NCBI RefSeq assembly: GCF_003918875.1
Contig: NW_025767088.1
Span: 372,001 to 436,000 of the forward strand
Source of the DNA: Haliotis rubra
Taxonomy: Eukaryota
Length of the DNA stretch: 64,000 bases
Direction: 5' to 3'
Of the stretch, positions 1 through 12,610 are shown piece after piece (within the stretch, counting starts at the first letter, position 1; each line of letters begins with the position of its first letter). The notes under the pieces are model-generated. The model was not told where the DNA came from. It saw only the letters and a list, made by a program, of their open reading frames with translations, and did no database searches. Position numbers and translations under genes: made by a program.

Positions 1-280
1 CCTTTTGATCCATACGTTTGAGCCACATGTTAACCTCTATAAAAAAATATATATATTATAGTTAAGGTTATAGTGTTAACTGTTCATAGTCTCCTAAATA
101 CTGTTTTATTTCATGACCCGGGAAACTAATGCAAGTTTGACGACCAAATGATACGATATTTCAAACGTTGGTCATATGGGCCTCGTGTGATACGTTTATT
201 TTCTATCATGATTGGATCTGTAAAATACCCCTCCTTCGTGTGAAGACATTTCCTGTATCAATCCTCCGCGCAGCTGAGAA

Positions 281-424
281 GTGAGTGAATGAGTTTAGTT
301 TTACGCCGCTTTTAGCAACATTACAGTAATATCACGGCGGGGGGCACCAGGAATGGGTTTCACACATTGTACCCATGTGGGGAATCGAACCCGGGTATTC
401 GGTGTGACGAGCGACGTCCTGACC
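281..424 (-). mobile_element. SINE family A (tRNA-derived), 5'-eroded copy
   Basis: B-box GGTTCGATTCC, body CATGGGTACAATGTGTGAA, tail GCGGCGTAAAACTAAACTCA(CTCA)n on the - strand. Confidence 0.85.
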
Positions 425-534
425 AGGGCTCCTTGGACGTAGTTATCATACTTTTCCGATATAATTCAGGTGAATAATTGACTAGCCTTTGCGTGTGTTC
501 ATAACGGGTGAACGGGGAAGAAAGAGAGTTGTAG

Positions 535-612
535 TGTGGTGTGTGGGGAATTCTGGTGTGTGTGTAGCTGTGTGTGTGTTTGTGCGCGCGTGTGTGTGTG
601 CGTGCGTGTGCG
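535..612. repeat. (GT)n/(GC)n microsatellite
   Basis: Dinucleotide tract. Confidence 0.85.
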
Positions 613-1020
613 CTGTCTGATTCTAGACCAGACGCGACATGGACGTATTCAGGGGGGTTAACATGGTGGCATCTAGAGGGCATATATGTCCCTTCTCTTC
701 AACCTTTACTTCGAATAAGTCGAATAAAATTGAAAATGTATCACGCACACAAATATTCTTCACAGCTTTGAAGAATAATGTCCCCTTTCATGACACCATC
801 CACTATCATCTCAGACAAAGCAAAAGGGCTAAAAAGGACCTTTCAAAATTAGGTATATCGTAAATGTTGCCATTTTTGACACATAATGAAATCGCTTTTC
901 ACAGCGTCATTTGGTGTAAGTTTTGAAATGTAAAACTCGGATAATTACTCGGAGGATTGAACTTAAAGCAAATAGCTTATTAATGATCATTGATATCTAT
1001 CTGATTTTAATCAAATCACC

Positions 1021-1265
1021 GACCGGTGAAGATCCGGGTTAGAATTTGTCTTTAGCAACTCATGCTTGTCGTAAGGGGCGACTAACGGGATCTGGTGGTC
1101 AGGCGCACTGACATGGTCCACACATGTCATTGTATCCCAATTACGTAGATCGATTTTCATGCTGTGATCACTGTATTGTCTGGTCCAGACTCGATTATTT
1201 ACAGACTGCCGCCATATAGCTGGAATATTGCTGAGAGCGGCATTAAACAACCAACGAAACAAACC
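1021..1265 (+). mobile_element. SINE family B (non-tRNA head, GACCCGTGAAG start), full length
   Basis: 13-bp TSD TAATCAAATC(A/G)CC. GTCGTAAGnGGCGACTAA hairpin. 3' GCTGGAATATTGCTG tail shared with family A. Confidence 0.9.
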
Positions 1266-2189
1266 TAATCAAATCGCCAATGGTAATTCTGAAACGTCGC
1301 CGATAAACCTAGAATCGGTTAGGATGGTTTTGAGAAAACACGAACACGAACGTCGAAGTGAGCTTTCCGCCATTTTGGATAGTGTTTAAAAATAACGTTT
1401 CGCGAAGACCGGTCGTGAGATTTATAGTACATCACGTATATTCTACACTCAGCTGCGACAAATACATCACTAAATTCCTCATGCATTTTAGAATCAAATG
1501 ACCAGTCTTTATCACCAAGACCAAGTGTCTAGATAAAATTAAACCTTGATAAAGGCTATACAGATTTGTATCCTTTGAAAAGGATATCCAGTTTTCGTTT
1601 GTTTAAACAACGTTTGCATGTGAAATTGACACACTTAGGGTTGTACACCATATTTTTAACCTTTACACAAGTGTTAGAAGATGAAACGTATGCATCACTG
1701 CAACAAGTACTTTAGTTCCTATGGTGTGAAATAGTCAATATTGTAATATGATATGGACAGATTAATGAACAGCAATTTAATCTAACCTGATATGTAAAAC
1801 TGGCAATTTTAATTAAAATGATTGATATATTTTATGAAAGGCATATGCACACATGTCTAGCTAACTGAATTTGTTTATGCCGCTTATGGACAAAACAACT
1901 GTGTTTCATGACTGGCCAGGTGCGCGTTTGTCACAAAAGATTTACTCTCATTGTTTTCAATAATAGAATCTATTTATAATCGAATGAAAATTAATATATT
2001 GTGATCAGAGGATATCAAACTGTAACAAAACTTGTGCTCGAAAGAAAGTATACAGTCTGTTTGATCAAACTTGAAAAGAAAAGAAAAGCATACATAAATG
2101 AACATCGTTTCATTTCAATAGCGTATTCAATTCTGCAGCAAATGTACACAATTTCATTTCATAAGTCGAAAGTACCGTTTGACTGACAC

Positions 2190-3191
2190 TGAAGGACACG
2201 TGGTATCATAGTCTGAGCTTTGACACAAATCAACAGGGCGGTTTTTCTGCCAAATGTCATCAAATGGTGAATCAATAGTGAGCGTGACCACCATTCAATT
2301 TGGCTTCAAACACGACAAAACACGTCGGCACATTGGAGACGTAGGAGATATTGTTTCAGTTGTTGAACGGTGACAGGTGGCGCTGGTAGTCTTCTGAGTA
2401 ATCGATCCAGGTATTCCCATAAGTGTTCTGTCTGATTCATGTCGGGTGAACACGCTAGCCACGTCAAAACAACGATGTTAGCGTTATGCACAAAGTCGTT
2501 TGTCAGTCTTGCTGTATGAGGCCTTGAGTTATTGTGTTGGTAGACAATGCAACGTGGATGTTGCTGGATAAATGGCAACACAACGGGTCGCAAAACTTCA
2601 TCTCTGTGTTTTCGAGCATTCAGGTTGTCATGAATAATCACAATTCCCGTTTTAAGATCGCCGCAGATCCTCCCCAACACACACACACACACACACACCA
2701 TCACGCTATCAGCTCCAAACGGTCACACTTGCTTAACGTAAATTCGGCGCTACACGTTCACCTTCTCGTCTGTAAACACGAGCCCGACCGTCATTACTGT
2801 ACAGGCAAAACGTACTCTTGTCGGTGAATATCACACGTCACTAATCACGCGTCTGCCAACGTCGAAATCGTCTGGCCCATGACAATCGACAACGTTGGTT
2901 TAGAAGGGTCGACATGGTCTCTTAGTCGCCAGTACCCTGCATGTTCGGTGTCCTTGTGCCGTCGATGCCGTTACAAAACGATTTCTCAGATGAATCATCA
3001 GCGGGCGTTGTCACACGTGGTTGACCACTCCTAGGCCGTCTTTATTGCCTGTTTGTCTTAGTCGTTGCATCAGTCTGATGACAGTTGCTCGGGTGAAACC
3101 GAAGGTTCTGGGAATGACGGTGTTGTTAGCTCCTTGTCTGGCCATTCCGACAGCTCTCTCTCTCTCTTTCGATTTGCCTCAAACGTGGAAT
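2190..3191 (-). pseudogene. Decayed Tc1-family (DD34E) transposase
   Basis: Frameshifted segments: IPRLRQIERER.VGMARQG..VIPRTFGFTRATVIRLMQRLRQTG (HTH), RPRSGQPRVTT, VIFTDKSTF, YQHNNSRPHTAR and WLACSPDMNQTEHLW. Catalytic residues degenerate. 3' boundary approximate. Confidence 0.9.
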
Positions 3192-3619
3192 ATTTAGGTC
3201 TGCAGACGAAAGTCTGGCATTTAAATACCTGGTTTTCCAATGCCCAAAGAGCAATGCGCTTGACTTTTTGACCACAACAAAATCTCCAACATTTACCAGT
3301 TATCTCTCTTTTTGTATATGCCTGTATATATTGCTCAATTCCTTTGCTTTGTTTGACTGTGCGTTCCTGTTTGGTAAAATCTAGCAAAAAAATCCATTTC
3401 CTGGTTTTCCAATGCCCAAGTTGTTGTTGAGGTCGGTTTTACGTCACATCGTTGTAATTCCAGCCATATAGTGACGAGTTTTACACATTTTAAATACAAA
3501 GTCCAAAAAAGAGTTGTTTTTAACATATATATTCATTACATTATTATTTACAAGTGAAAAATGACACAGCACCAAACTCAAAAGCAAGCAATCTGTGACT
3601 CACATTACATAGTTATAAT

Positions 3620-3830
3620 TTATGGTACAGTCGAAAAGTCCACGCAGTCAAGCTGTATATGTTTGATGGTGAACACTTTGAACATCGCAAGAGACACACG
3701 GGAGGTCCATCCCCATCCGTTTTCAGCAGATAGTCATGAGTAAACCGACTGTGGCCAATACGACATCGTCGTAAAATTACCTCACCACGTCTTGACTGAC
3801 AACCCAAGTATGTATAACCAATTGATGGCT
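3620..3830 (-). mobile_element. I/Nimb-clade LINE ORF2 C-terminal fragment (degenerate)
   Basis: SRRGEVILRRCRIGHSRFTHDYLL..GPPVC then, after a frameshift, FTIKHIQLDCVDF. This is the R-x-GH motif plus CCHC knuckle typical of I-group LINE ORF2. Confidence 0.8.
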
Positions 3831-5288
3831 TTCCAATGCCCAAAGAGCAATGCGCTTTTGGCAAAAAATGGGCAGTTTGTTTACCGGTCTGACTGTGCCA
3901 GGATCGCGCGAACGCTTTCTGCTACATCATCATGATTGCAGGGATCCAACACATAAACGCACAATATCTTATACATTTAAAACAGAATAAAACTTCACAC
4001 ACAAAACTGCAGCCATGGCAGTCGTACATGTACTTTCAAATCATCTTAACTGCACCACAGAAATTTTCGAATCAGTGTTTCACAAATGCAATATATGCAT
4101 ATAATGTATGTGTCAGATAGCTAGGATGATGGCGATTCCAGAACACTAATCGTTTTGACCGTAGACCCAAGGACAACGGAGCTACGGCCTGTTAAAGAGG
4201 GAACTATTTCTTCTGTGGGAGCTACTTAAAATGTACATGACCCCCGCGACCCCGGCTGCATTTCACCGATCTGCTCTCGTGTCAAAAACGTGTTCTGGCT
4301 GCGTTTTGGGTGGTTTCTAGCCCTTAAATACACTTCAAACACCCGTAACTCCGACAGTTAAAATGGACGCTCCAGCTGGCGTCCAAAGAAACGGTACAAG
4401 TAAAGGCAGCCACGGGGAGTGTATGTGGAAGTCTGAAGACCGTCAGTAGTGCCCAGGAGGCAATCCTAGTTTTAGTGTTCTTTTTACTACTGTGTTGCTC
4501 ACGTGTCGCGTAGGCTGTTATACACCGTCAGTATGCACGTGCCTTTCGTGTTACGTCAGAAAAAGCCGTTTTGGTTTGTTGTTATTTTTTTGCGACGTTT
4601 AGGCGATTCGTTAACTTGTTTCGCCGTTTGTTACCGGAAAGGATGGTTCTGTACGTGTGTGACATGGCTCAGTGTGGTCTTATCACGTCATTTCTATTTT
4701 TGTGATTTGTATGCAATATTTTGCGATGTATAGTTTCTTTTGAACACTAGTTTATGTTTCTATCATAATTGTAGACAAAAATATTAACCATGCCGTGTCT
4801 TCCTTTAGACAAACCTTACACCATTATTCTGATTGTCCCATTTGCATCTGTATACATAAGACATGTCTTATCCTTTCATTTACGTTAAATTGATGCCAAA
4901 CATCAACATTGTTGTCAACATTAAGGTACACAGTCTACTTGTTTATCTATTCAGGACATAATTTAAATGGTAAAATCAGTCATATCATGTCCTGTTGGAC
5001 AAACCGAAAGCTCTTATATACTAATCAACATGCCAATGACGACTTTCTCCGACCTATCAAACTTCACAAAACAAGTCATGACGTCAACTGAAATGTTGTT
5101 ATCGTTTCAGAAAAATCATTACATTTGAAGATATGACTAGTACTCTGTCAATGTCTAGTGAAAATACGTCTACACAAACAGGAGACTATGGGAAACTAAG
5201 AACTAATTTACGTATTGGATGGACCATCCAAATTGCTATTACTTGCTTTCTCGTGCAATATGATGTCATCATTTACTGTAAACTGCCT

Positions 5289-5562
5289 GACCCGTGAAGG
5301 TCCGGGTCTATTAGAATAGCCCTTCAGCAACCCATGCTTGCTCTAAAAGGCGACTATGCTTGTCGTAAAAGGCGACTAACGGGATCGGGTGGTCAGGCTC
5401 GCTGACTTGGTTGACACATATCATCGGTTCCCCATTGCGCAGATCGATGCTCATGCTGTTGATCACTGGATTGTCTGGTCCAGACTCGATTATTTACAGA
5501 CCGCCGCCATATAGCTGGAATATTGCTGAGTGCGGCGTAAAACTCAACTCACTCACTCACTC
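5289..5562 (+). mobile_element. SINE family B, full length with internal duplication of the hairpin module
   Basis: 14-bp TSD ACTGTAAACTGCCT. (CACT)n tail. Confidence 0.92.
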
Positions 5563-6431
5563 ACTGTAAACTGCCTACACGTATCCGGTTACAGTGTGGA
5601 TCATTGTATTGGAATATTTACAATACATCACGAACATAAAACAGTATATCACGAACATATCGTGTCCGTATCCACAGCAAATTTTATCCAAGTGACTTCA
5701 GTTACAATGACCTACCAGAGTTATGTTCCTTGTCTTTACACGCGCGTGGCCTCTCTCTCTGTCGTCGTTTGACGTCATAGAGCAAAATCAGGGAGGAACG
5801 CCAAAACAGATGATTTGTATATGGCGCCAAATGTATTATTAAAACGTTGAAGAAAACTGTCCTTTTCTAGTTTTCTTGTAGTAAAGACATTATTGTACAC
5901 AAAAACATGCTACTTTACCGACGTACTGCGCATGCGCACCAAAATATAACTTTGTAAAAATTACCGGGGTGCTTAACTTTTTTCCAGATGTATGTTCATT
6001 TCAGAGACTAGATGCTAGTCCATCTTTCCATATACTTTGAAAGGAACATAGATACCCTGTTGGAAGAAAAACAATGCTTGGAAAAGCACTTACTGTCTTG
6101 ACAGGGAGCTTTGTATAGCTGGGCCTCTCGGTAAGGTTAAAGCTGAGTTTTGATAGAAACATGCAACTATATACATTCATACTGAATGGACCCAGTGAAT
6201 AGGAAAATTCAGCCTGATACTTCGGACAGTCTTAGCTTTTATAACTTGAAATTAAACCCAAACCAAACAAACTATATATTCTACCATGATGAAAGAATTA
6301 AATATACAATGCCTCGCAATTGTTCAGTCAGAGTTTTCAAATGAAAACAACACAACGAACAGTTTGTGGGATTGTAGTATTGGGGCTGTATTTAACAATT
6401 CAGGAAGAAATATGCACGTATGTTACACTAC

Positions 6432-6529
6432 CTTGTCCCTCTTCGTTTGAGACTCGCCGATATATCTGATTACATTGACCCAGCCTTGGGTCAGTTCATC
6501 CTGCGGCACAGACACCTCAGTAAAAGTCC
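6432..6529 (-). CDS. Candidate internal exon of an unidentified minus-strand gene (TFTEVSVPQDELTQGWVNVIRYIGESQTKRDK)
   Basis: Acceptor atatgtttcag and donor AAG|gtagtg. 98 nt open in one frame. No homology recognised. Confidence 0.3.
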
Positions 6530-6869
6530 CTGAAACATATCATTTTCCTTTCCGCATGGCCTTTCCAGTATACAGGAAATCCTGTGCACTTCGCCGAGAA
6601 AGGCCCCCAATAGAAAAAGTAAAAGAGGAGAGAGGATTTCGGATGAGGCTGATTTAATCAGTCAAATGACCAGAAATCAGCCTTTCGTTTTTAGTCACAC
6701 AAATGCGAAGATATCAAGTCCCTGTCTGTAACACAAGTAACATCCGGTTGTCTTAGCCTTTGTGCAAAATGTGCAAGTGTGCAAAGTGCACATTTGTAAC
6801 AACTACGCAGGTACGTCATACCCCGGCCCTGCATTGACGGAGTCAGAATTTCACCCCAAATCCTATCCC

Positions 6870-7075
6870 CAAGTCATAAGAGGAGACTAAGGGGATCGAG
6901 CGGCCAGGCATGCTGACTTGGTTGACAGTAACTTGACACATCGTATCCCAATATGACGTAGATCGATGCTCATGGTGTCAATCACTGGCTCATCTGGTCC
7001 AGTCTGGATTATTTACAGACCGCGTCCATATAGCTGGAATATTGCTGAGTGCGGCGTTAAAGAACAAACAAACAA
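6870..7075 (+). mobile_element. SINE family B, diverged
   Basis: Body and (CAAA)n tail match. Confidence 0.78.
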
Positions 7076-8819
7076 ATCGCAAACACGATAGGTAAACAAT
7101 TTATAAGTTTTCTTTTATAACTCAATCAACACGTTTTTTAACATTTTTATCTTTGGAGGAGGAGGTGGAGGTTATTACATTTTTTCTACATAAAAAGAGG
7201 GGCGGCAACTCTATAATCCCTACCCCCCGACCCCGGATCCGCCATTGTCCTTAATTCATTTAACGTCTCCGCAGTCAGTACCCGTGACTAAGACAAGACG
7301 TTTTTGTTTTGCATAGAAAATACCACGAGAGTGAATTTCATGTATCATACAATACTGGTTTCCATAGGAGATATCGATTGTAGAAGATCGAGCGATATCT
7401 CCTAGGAGATGTCGTTTTGGTAAGTTTTGAGCTAATTGCTGATTGGTCAATATTTTCAGACTACTTTCATCTCCCTTAGCTGCAAGCAAAGATGGCCACC
7501 ACAATGAGGTTGTCTTTTTCATGATTTGTTTTAACGACATAAAACTCTGCAAGCCTCGACGTTTTCTCACTTTTATCAAGTCGTGGTGATATATTTGATA
7601 TCAAAAGACACTTGGGTGAGACACTCTGTTTACCTTGTCTGCTAGAAAAAATACTAGACGTCACAAAAACAATGCACCGGAATTATCAGCGCGATCTATG
7701 AAAAGGGTGTATTAAAAAGATATCTGCACAATGAGCATTTACGGAGCCTTTCACCATATCCGGTATCTGTCTCTAATGTCGGTTGAATCTTGGCACAATA
7801 CCGGTGTAGTCAAGGTTTGAAAAATACTCACACATTTTTAAAATTAATTTTAATTTGTTTTGAAACAAAAGGTTTTCGTCGACGAAAAACTTAACACACT
7901 TGTCGTTCTTTGGATTAAATAATGATCAACGAATTTATCCCACATGACAGTCTTGGACTATGCCCTCACAGCGTTCAGAACAGATTAATGTCTTAAGGAG
8001 GTAGGTAAATACCCTTGATTGATGTCCCTTTGTATGTCAAGTTCTGAACAGCCTGTTTCCGGTTACAACAAAGGACTGTGACCCTGTCGAAACAAGGGCA
8101 ATGACAGTGACCCTTGGTTAATGGTTGAGATAAGGGTGGGTGAGAGGGGAGGGTGGTCCGAGAGGGGTTATAGCGGATGTTCATGCGATATAAACATGAT
8201 TTCCTCTAATTGCCCTGTTTACAATGTTGAGAGCCTTGCTCCTTTAAACCACTTTCTTAACTTGGATCAAATGTTATCGGCAGGTGTGATGTTGAGGAGA
8301 CAGTTTATCTTTAGTTTAGTTTGTTCAACTTTTTTTGAATTTCTCTGTTCTGAACGTTGAGTGCAGCGATCCTTTAAACCGATAGTATCGTGTTAAATTA
8401 AATATTTTTTATTGAGAAAACAGTTTTTGTGTTCAATAATTATGTCTCATGCCCTGTTTTAGACTAATGCTTCGTCTCTGAATATGTATAATCATGATAG
8501 TAACAAATAAACACATTTAAATTGTAAAGGAGCCCCGGTGAGATGGGAGATTCGGTGGAAATCTAGACTTGCTTCATTTAGAGCTTTAGCATTGCAGGGA
8601 GGGCAAGGCAGTATGGAAAATAATGTGGTTCAGGGACTATGAGACAGAATAGCCCTGTTACAGCCCATACCAGCGGATATAAATCCGATTTCTGAGCACA
8701 ATACGTTGATGCTTACATGGTGAATGTACACCAAATACACAAACAGGAACCATATTTCTCCATGCGACAAAGTGGCTGGGTATTCCAAGTTGACAAAAAT
8801 GGTCAGGCACCATGAAGTG

Positions 8820-9035
8820 TTTTTGTGTTTTTTTATTAACCCCGCACTCAGCAGTTTCCAGCTATATGACTGCTGTCTGTAAATAGTCGAGTCTGGACCA
8901 GACAATCCAGTGGTTAACATCATGAACACATATCTACGCAAATGGGAAACGATAGCATGTGTCAACCAAGTCAGCGAGCATGACCACCTGATCCCGTTTG
9001 TTGTCTCTTACGACAAGCATGGTTTACTGAAGACC
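8820..9035 (-). mobile_element. SINE family B, 5'-interrupted
   Basis: Body and tail match on the - strand. Confidence 0.8.
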
Positions 9036-9266
9036 AGGGTTTCCTTGCACGAAGCAACCATTACTAAGGTTAAATTTAACTCTCATTCTTTAACATTGCA
9101 CTAAGGTTACCTTAGTGACTCGCGATCACCTCAGTGCCTTGTGAAAGGAGGCCCAGGGCCTCTCATTAGCGAGTTAAGCCGGCTTATAATTGGTCTTCAG
9201 CAACCTATGCTTGTCGTAAAAGGCGACTAACGGAATCGGGTACTATTCACAAAGCGATATTCACAA

Positions 9267-9625
9267 AGCATACGGAAATTACCGAGGCCTTGCGAATGAT
9301 CACTTTTGAAACAACGTAGCTGATTGCACAACTAAATCTGATTGCCTCCAATCACGAGTCTTGAACGCTCACACCATGAAAGGGCCGTATTAGAACAGAG
9401 GTTACGTAGGACTGATTGACTGAGTTTAGTTTTACGCCGCTTTTAGCAATATTCCAGCAATATCACGGCGGGGGACACCAGAAATGGGCTTCACACATTG
9501 TGCCCATGTGGGGAATCGAACCCGGGTCTTCGGCGTGACGAGCCAACGCTTTAACCACTAGGCTACCCCACCGCCCTGGTTACGTAGGAAGATATGACAG
9601 GAGTAACCTCTGTGGGAAGAGAATG
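9267..9625 (-). mobile_element. Truncated second copy of the 24142-24700 MITE, interrupted by a SINE
   Basis: Reverse-complement match to 24142-~24324 after removing the SINE and one TSD copy. Confidence 0.88.
9412..9577 (-). mobile_element. SINE family A, full length, inserted in a MITE TIR
   Basis: A-box TAGCCTAGTGG and B-box GGTTCGATTCC. 12-bp TSD GGTTACGTAGGA (9400-9411, 9578-9589). Confidence 0.92.
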
Positions 9626-9859
9626 CCATATACTTGGACTATTGCTGAGTGCAGCGTTAAACAAGAAACAAACCAAACCAGTCATGAACGAGGTCAAGAC
9701 ATTTTGAACAGCTTTCAGAACGCTTGGTTCAAAGAATTCTGAATCCTGGCTCTCCAACTCTTGTGAGAATTCACGTGGTCTTCAAGCAGAGCCAGCCCAT
9801 CTCGCTAAGCGGATTTCAACGTTGGGATCGGCAACTTCATCATTGTCCTGAGTAACCGG

Positions 9860-9987
9860 TGATGACGTAACCGGTTCCTGATTGTGCTGGGGAGGATACG
9901 CGGTAGCCCTGGAATGGTCAGAGCAGTGGTCACAACAGTCTGGAACCCGTGCAGAAGATGGGTCACCCGTATCTGTCACGCCTGGGC
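9860..9987. repeat. 128-bp direct duplication (second copy 11401-11528)
   Basis: Ungapped alignment with 7 mismatches. Confidence 0.92.
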
Positions 9988-12274
9988 GTTGTGACACGCG
10001 AACGTCCTCCACCTGGGCGATCGGCAACGTCATCATTATTCTGATAACATATTATCAGCGTCTTGGTGGCAAGCAGACCCAGCCGATTTCATTAAGGGCG
10101 GTATAACCTTGGGAAAGTCCTTGGTTCGCCACTATCAGCCAGATAATGCGACAACTGTCAAGACGCTTCCTGGTCCAAAGAAGGTAAATTACGTTTCAAT
10201 AGCAAGCAAGGTGATAGGAGCCAGACACCTCAACATTGTTTGAGAAAAAAAGTGAAAAATAATCAGCATTTAACGCTATCAGCACATCCTGTTAAAGATA
10301 ACTTCAGAACTTTTAAGCCGGCCCTCCTTTTTCAGCTACACTCTAGTGGAATAAGACTTAAATCAATATTCCCCAAACCAAGGACTATATATTACAAAAC
10401 ATAAATCATGTTTAACCGGAAACATGAGTCGGTTGTTAAGTTGTACGTCACTGTTGCTATGAACATTGCTAATTTACCGTTCGCATAACGGTTTAACGTT
10501 CTTGTCTAACCGGTGACATTAATCCTTAACTGGTCGTAAATGGAACATTTTCTATGGTGGTGTTTCGGCTCGCACAATGTATTACACTGTACGTCGGTAT
10601 GAATGGCGTGTTGTATAAACTACAATATATGGCCCAGCAGGGTCACACATTGCACTCACTGCTCTACACGTGACTTTGATGTTTTGGCCTTGTACTAAAT
10701 GTGACAGACGCGACAACGAATGGTTATCAGTTTAGGTCAGCTGCTTGTAAATATACTAGCTCCAAAAGAAACTGTGCATTGTTGAAATTCTTCTAAAATT
10801 TGACTACATAACAACAATGAAAAGTTTCCATGGAAACTTTAATAGGTTGATATTGAGATCATATGAAGACGGCAGGCGAGCATGTTTAATGTCCTTGACA
10901 TTGATCTTACGATTCCAAATTCGGGACAAGGACAAGCAACAGTGTCACAAACTCAAAATGAGAGGTGTGACCACTGTGAACAGTGAGAACCGCAGTGCAT
11001 CGCCGACGCACAGATTCTATCAAATAGGCATGGAAGGTTTTTGGGATCGCTTGCCATATTCTCTGCGACTCTGCGACGAATAATCACGCGGATTTAATAC
11101 ACGGCGTAGACGTCGCTTCATTTCATCCCACACATAACATGCTCTGTAAGGGAGACAACCGGGCAATTTGGAGACCAGGGCATTACTTGAACATTGTTAT
11201 GTTGAAGAAAAGCCATGGCAACCCTTGCCGTTTAAGAACGGCCATTATCCTGTGGAATGTCAATCTTGAGCCATGACGTTAGAGAAACGGAACTGTCACT
11301 GGTCCGAGGTCCCTGTAGTCACCACCCCAACACTGATTTCTCTCCATGACAGGATTACGTCAGGAAAGGGCATAGTGTGGTACGACGTGGTCGTATCCCG
11401 TGATGACGTAAGCGGTTCCTGATTGTGCTGGGGAGCATACGCGGTAGCCCTGGAATGGTCAGAGCAGTGGTCACAACAGTCTGGAACCCGTGCAGAACTT
11501 GTGTCACCCATATCTGTCACGTCTGGGCACGTGAACGGCCTGTACCTGTCAGTGTTGTGGTGGCAATGGAAACGCACAGCCACCTGACGTTATGCCCTAC
11601 TCCTCGGACCATCCTAATAACCTCACGACGCTGAGCGCGATGAGCGATTCATTAGCCGTATAGTTTTTTTAAAGGTCAAACGTCAGACAATTAGGCTTCC
11701 CAAATCGACTGCAGTTTTTGACATTCATGTTTATCGAGATGTACATGCACACACGTGCTGCAAGTACCCATGCCGAAACCAATTACGTCACGAAACGTTA
11801 CACATGCATAATATATGTTCAATTCATTTCACTAATTAAGTGAAACATTAATGTATGTATGCCAAAGAATTCAGTTTGAAACCAATAAATAGCAAAGAGT
11901 TGTTATACAATTAACAAATGTGTCATAACATTGTAACCAGGTTTACAAATCTATACAAATTACTGCAAAGTAATTACTGCAAATTACTGTGATGACAATA
12001 GAGGTACACAAGAGAGTGTCATAATTAAATTCAGCGGCAGTACAATTGTAATAGCTGTTTACATGTATATTATAATGAGAATGGTATTAGAAGTAAAGTC
12101 TGTGGTATTAGTATTCTCCTAACAGCATCAAGCTTCCAAACTACGCCAAGATTAGATATTTTGAATGAGAACACGATGTAATGGAAGGTAGGAGAATCAT
12201 GCCCACAAATATATTCCAGAAACTTCTACACAGCGCTGGATCAGCCTGTACACAATTATGTTTTGGTTCTTTGG

Positions 12275-12610
12275 TTCTTTGGTTGTTTGGTTGGTTGTTT
12301 AACGTGACACTCAGCAATATTCCAGCTATATGGCGTCGGTCTGTAAATAATCGAGTCTGGACCAGACAATCCAGTGATCAACAGTATGAGCATCGCTCTA
12401 CACAATTGGATACGATGACATGTGTCAACCAAGTCAGCGAGCCTGACCCCCCTGATTGTGGTTTCTGATGGGAGCGGGTGGTAATAAGTTACATAACTTT
12501 AGCTTTATCCATTTCAACATTGAATAAAATATGTTCAAAGAAACCATACGATCCCGTTAGTCGCCTCTAACGACAAGCATGGGTTACTGGAGACCAATTC
12601 TAACCCGGGT
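12275..12610 (-). mobile_element. SINE family B split by a ~100-bp insertion
   Basis: 3' part 12275-12447 and 5' part 12550-12610. Confidence 0.8.

Noticed and set aside
3070-3387. 105-aa ORF or terminal exon
   Set aside because: The alternative frame is the Tc1 transposase N-terminal HTH.
7256-7664. Possible transposase fragment ORFs
   Set aside because: No diagnostic motif recognised and no TIR/TSD found.
11485-11503. miR-100-like sequence AACCCGTGCAGAACTTGTG
   Set aside because: Shares both ends with miR-100 but is 3 nt shorter, has no convincing precursor hairpin, and the duplicate at ~9944 lacks the 3' match.
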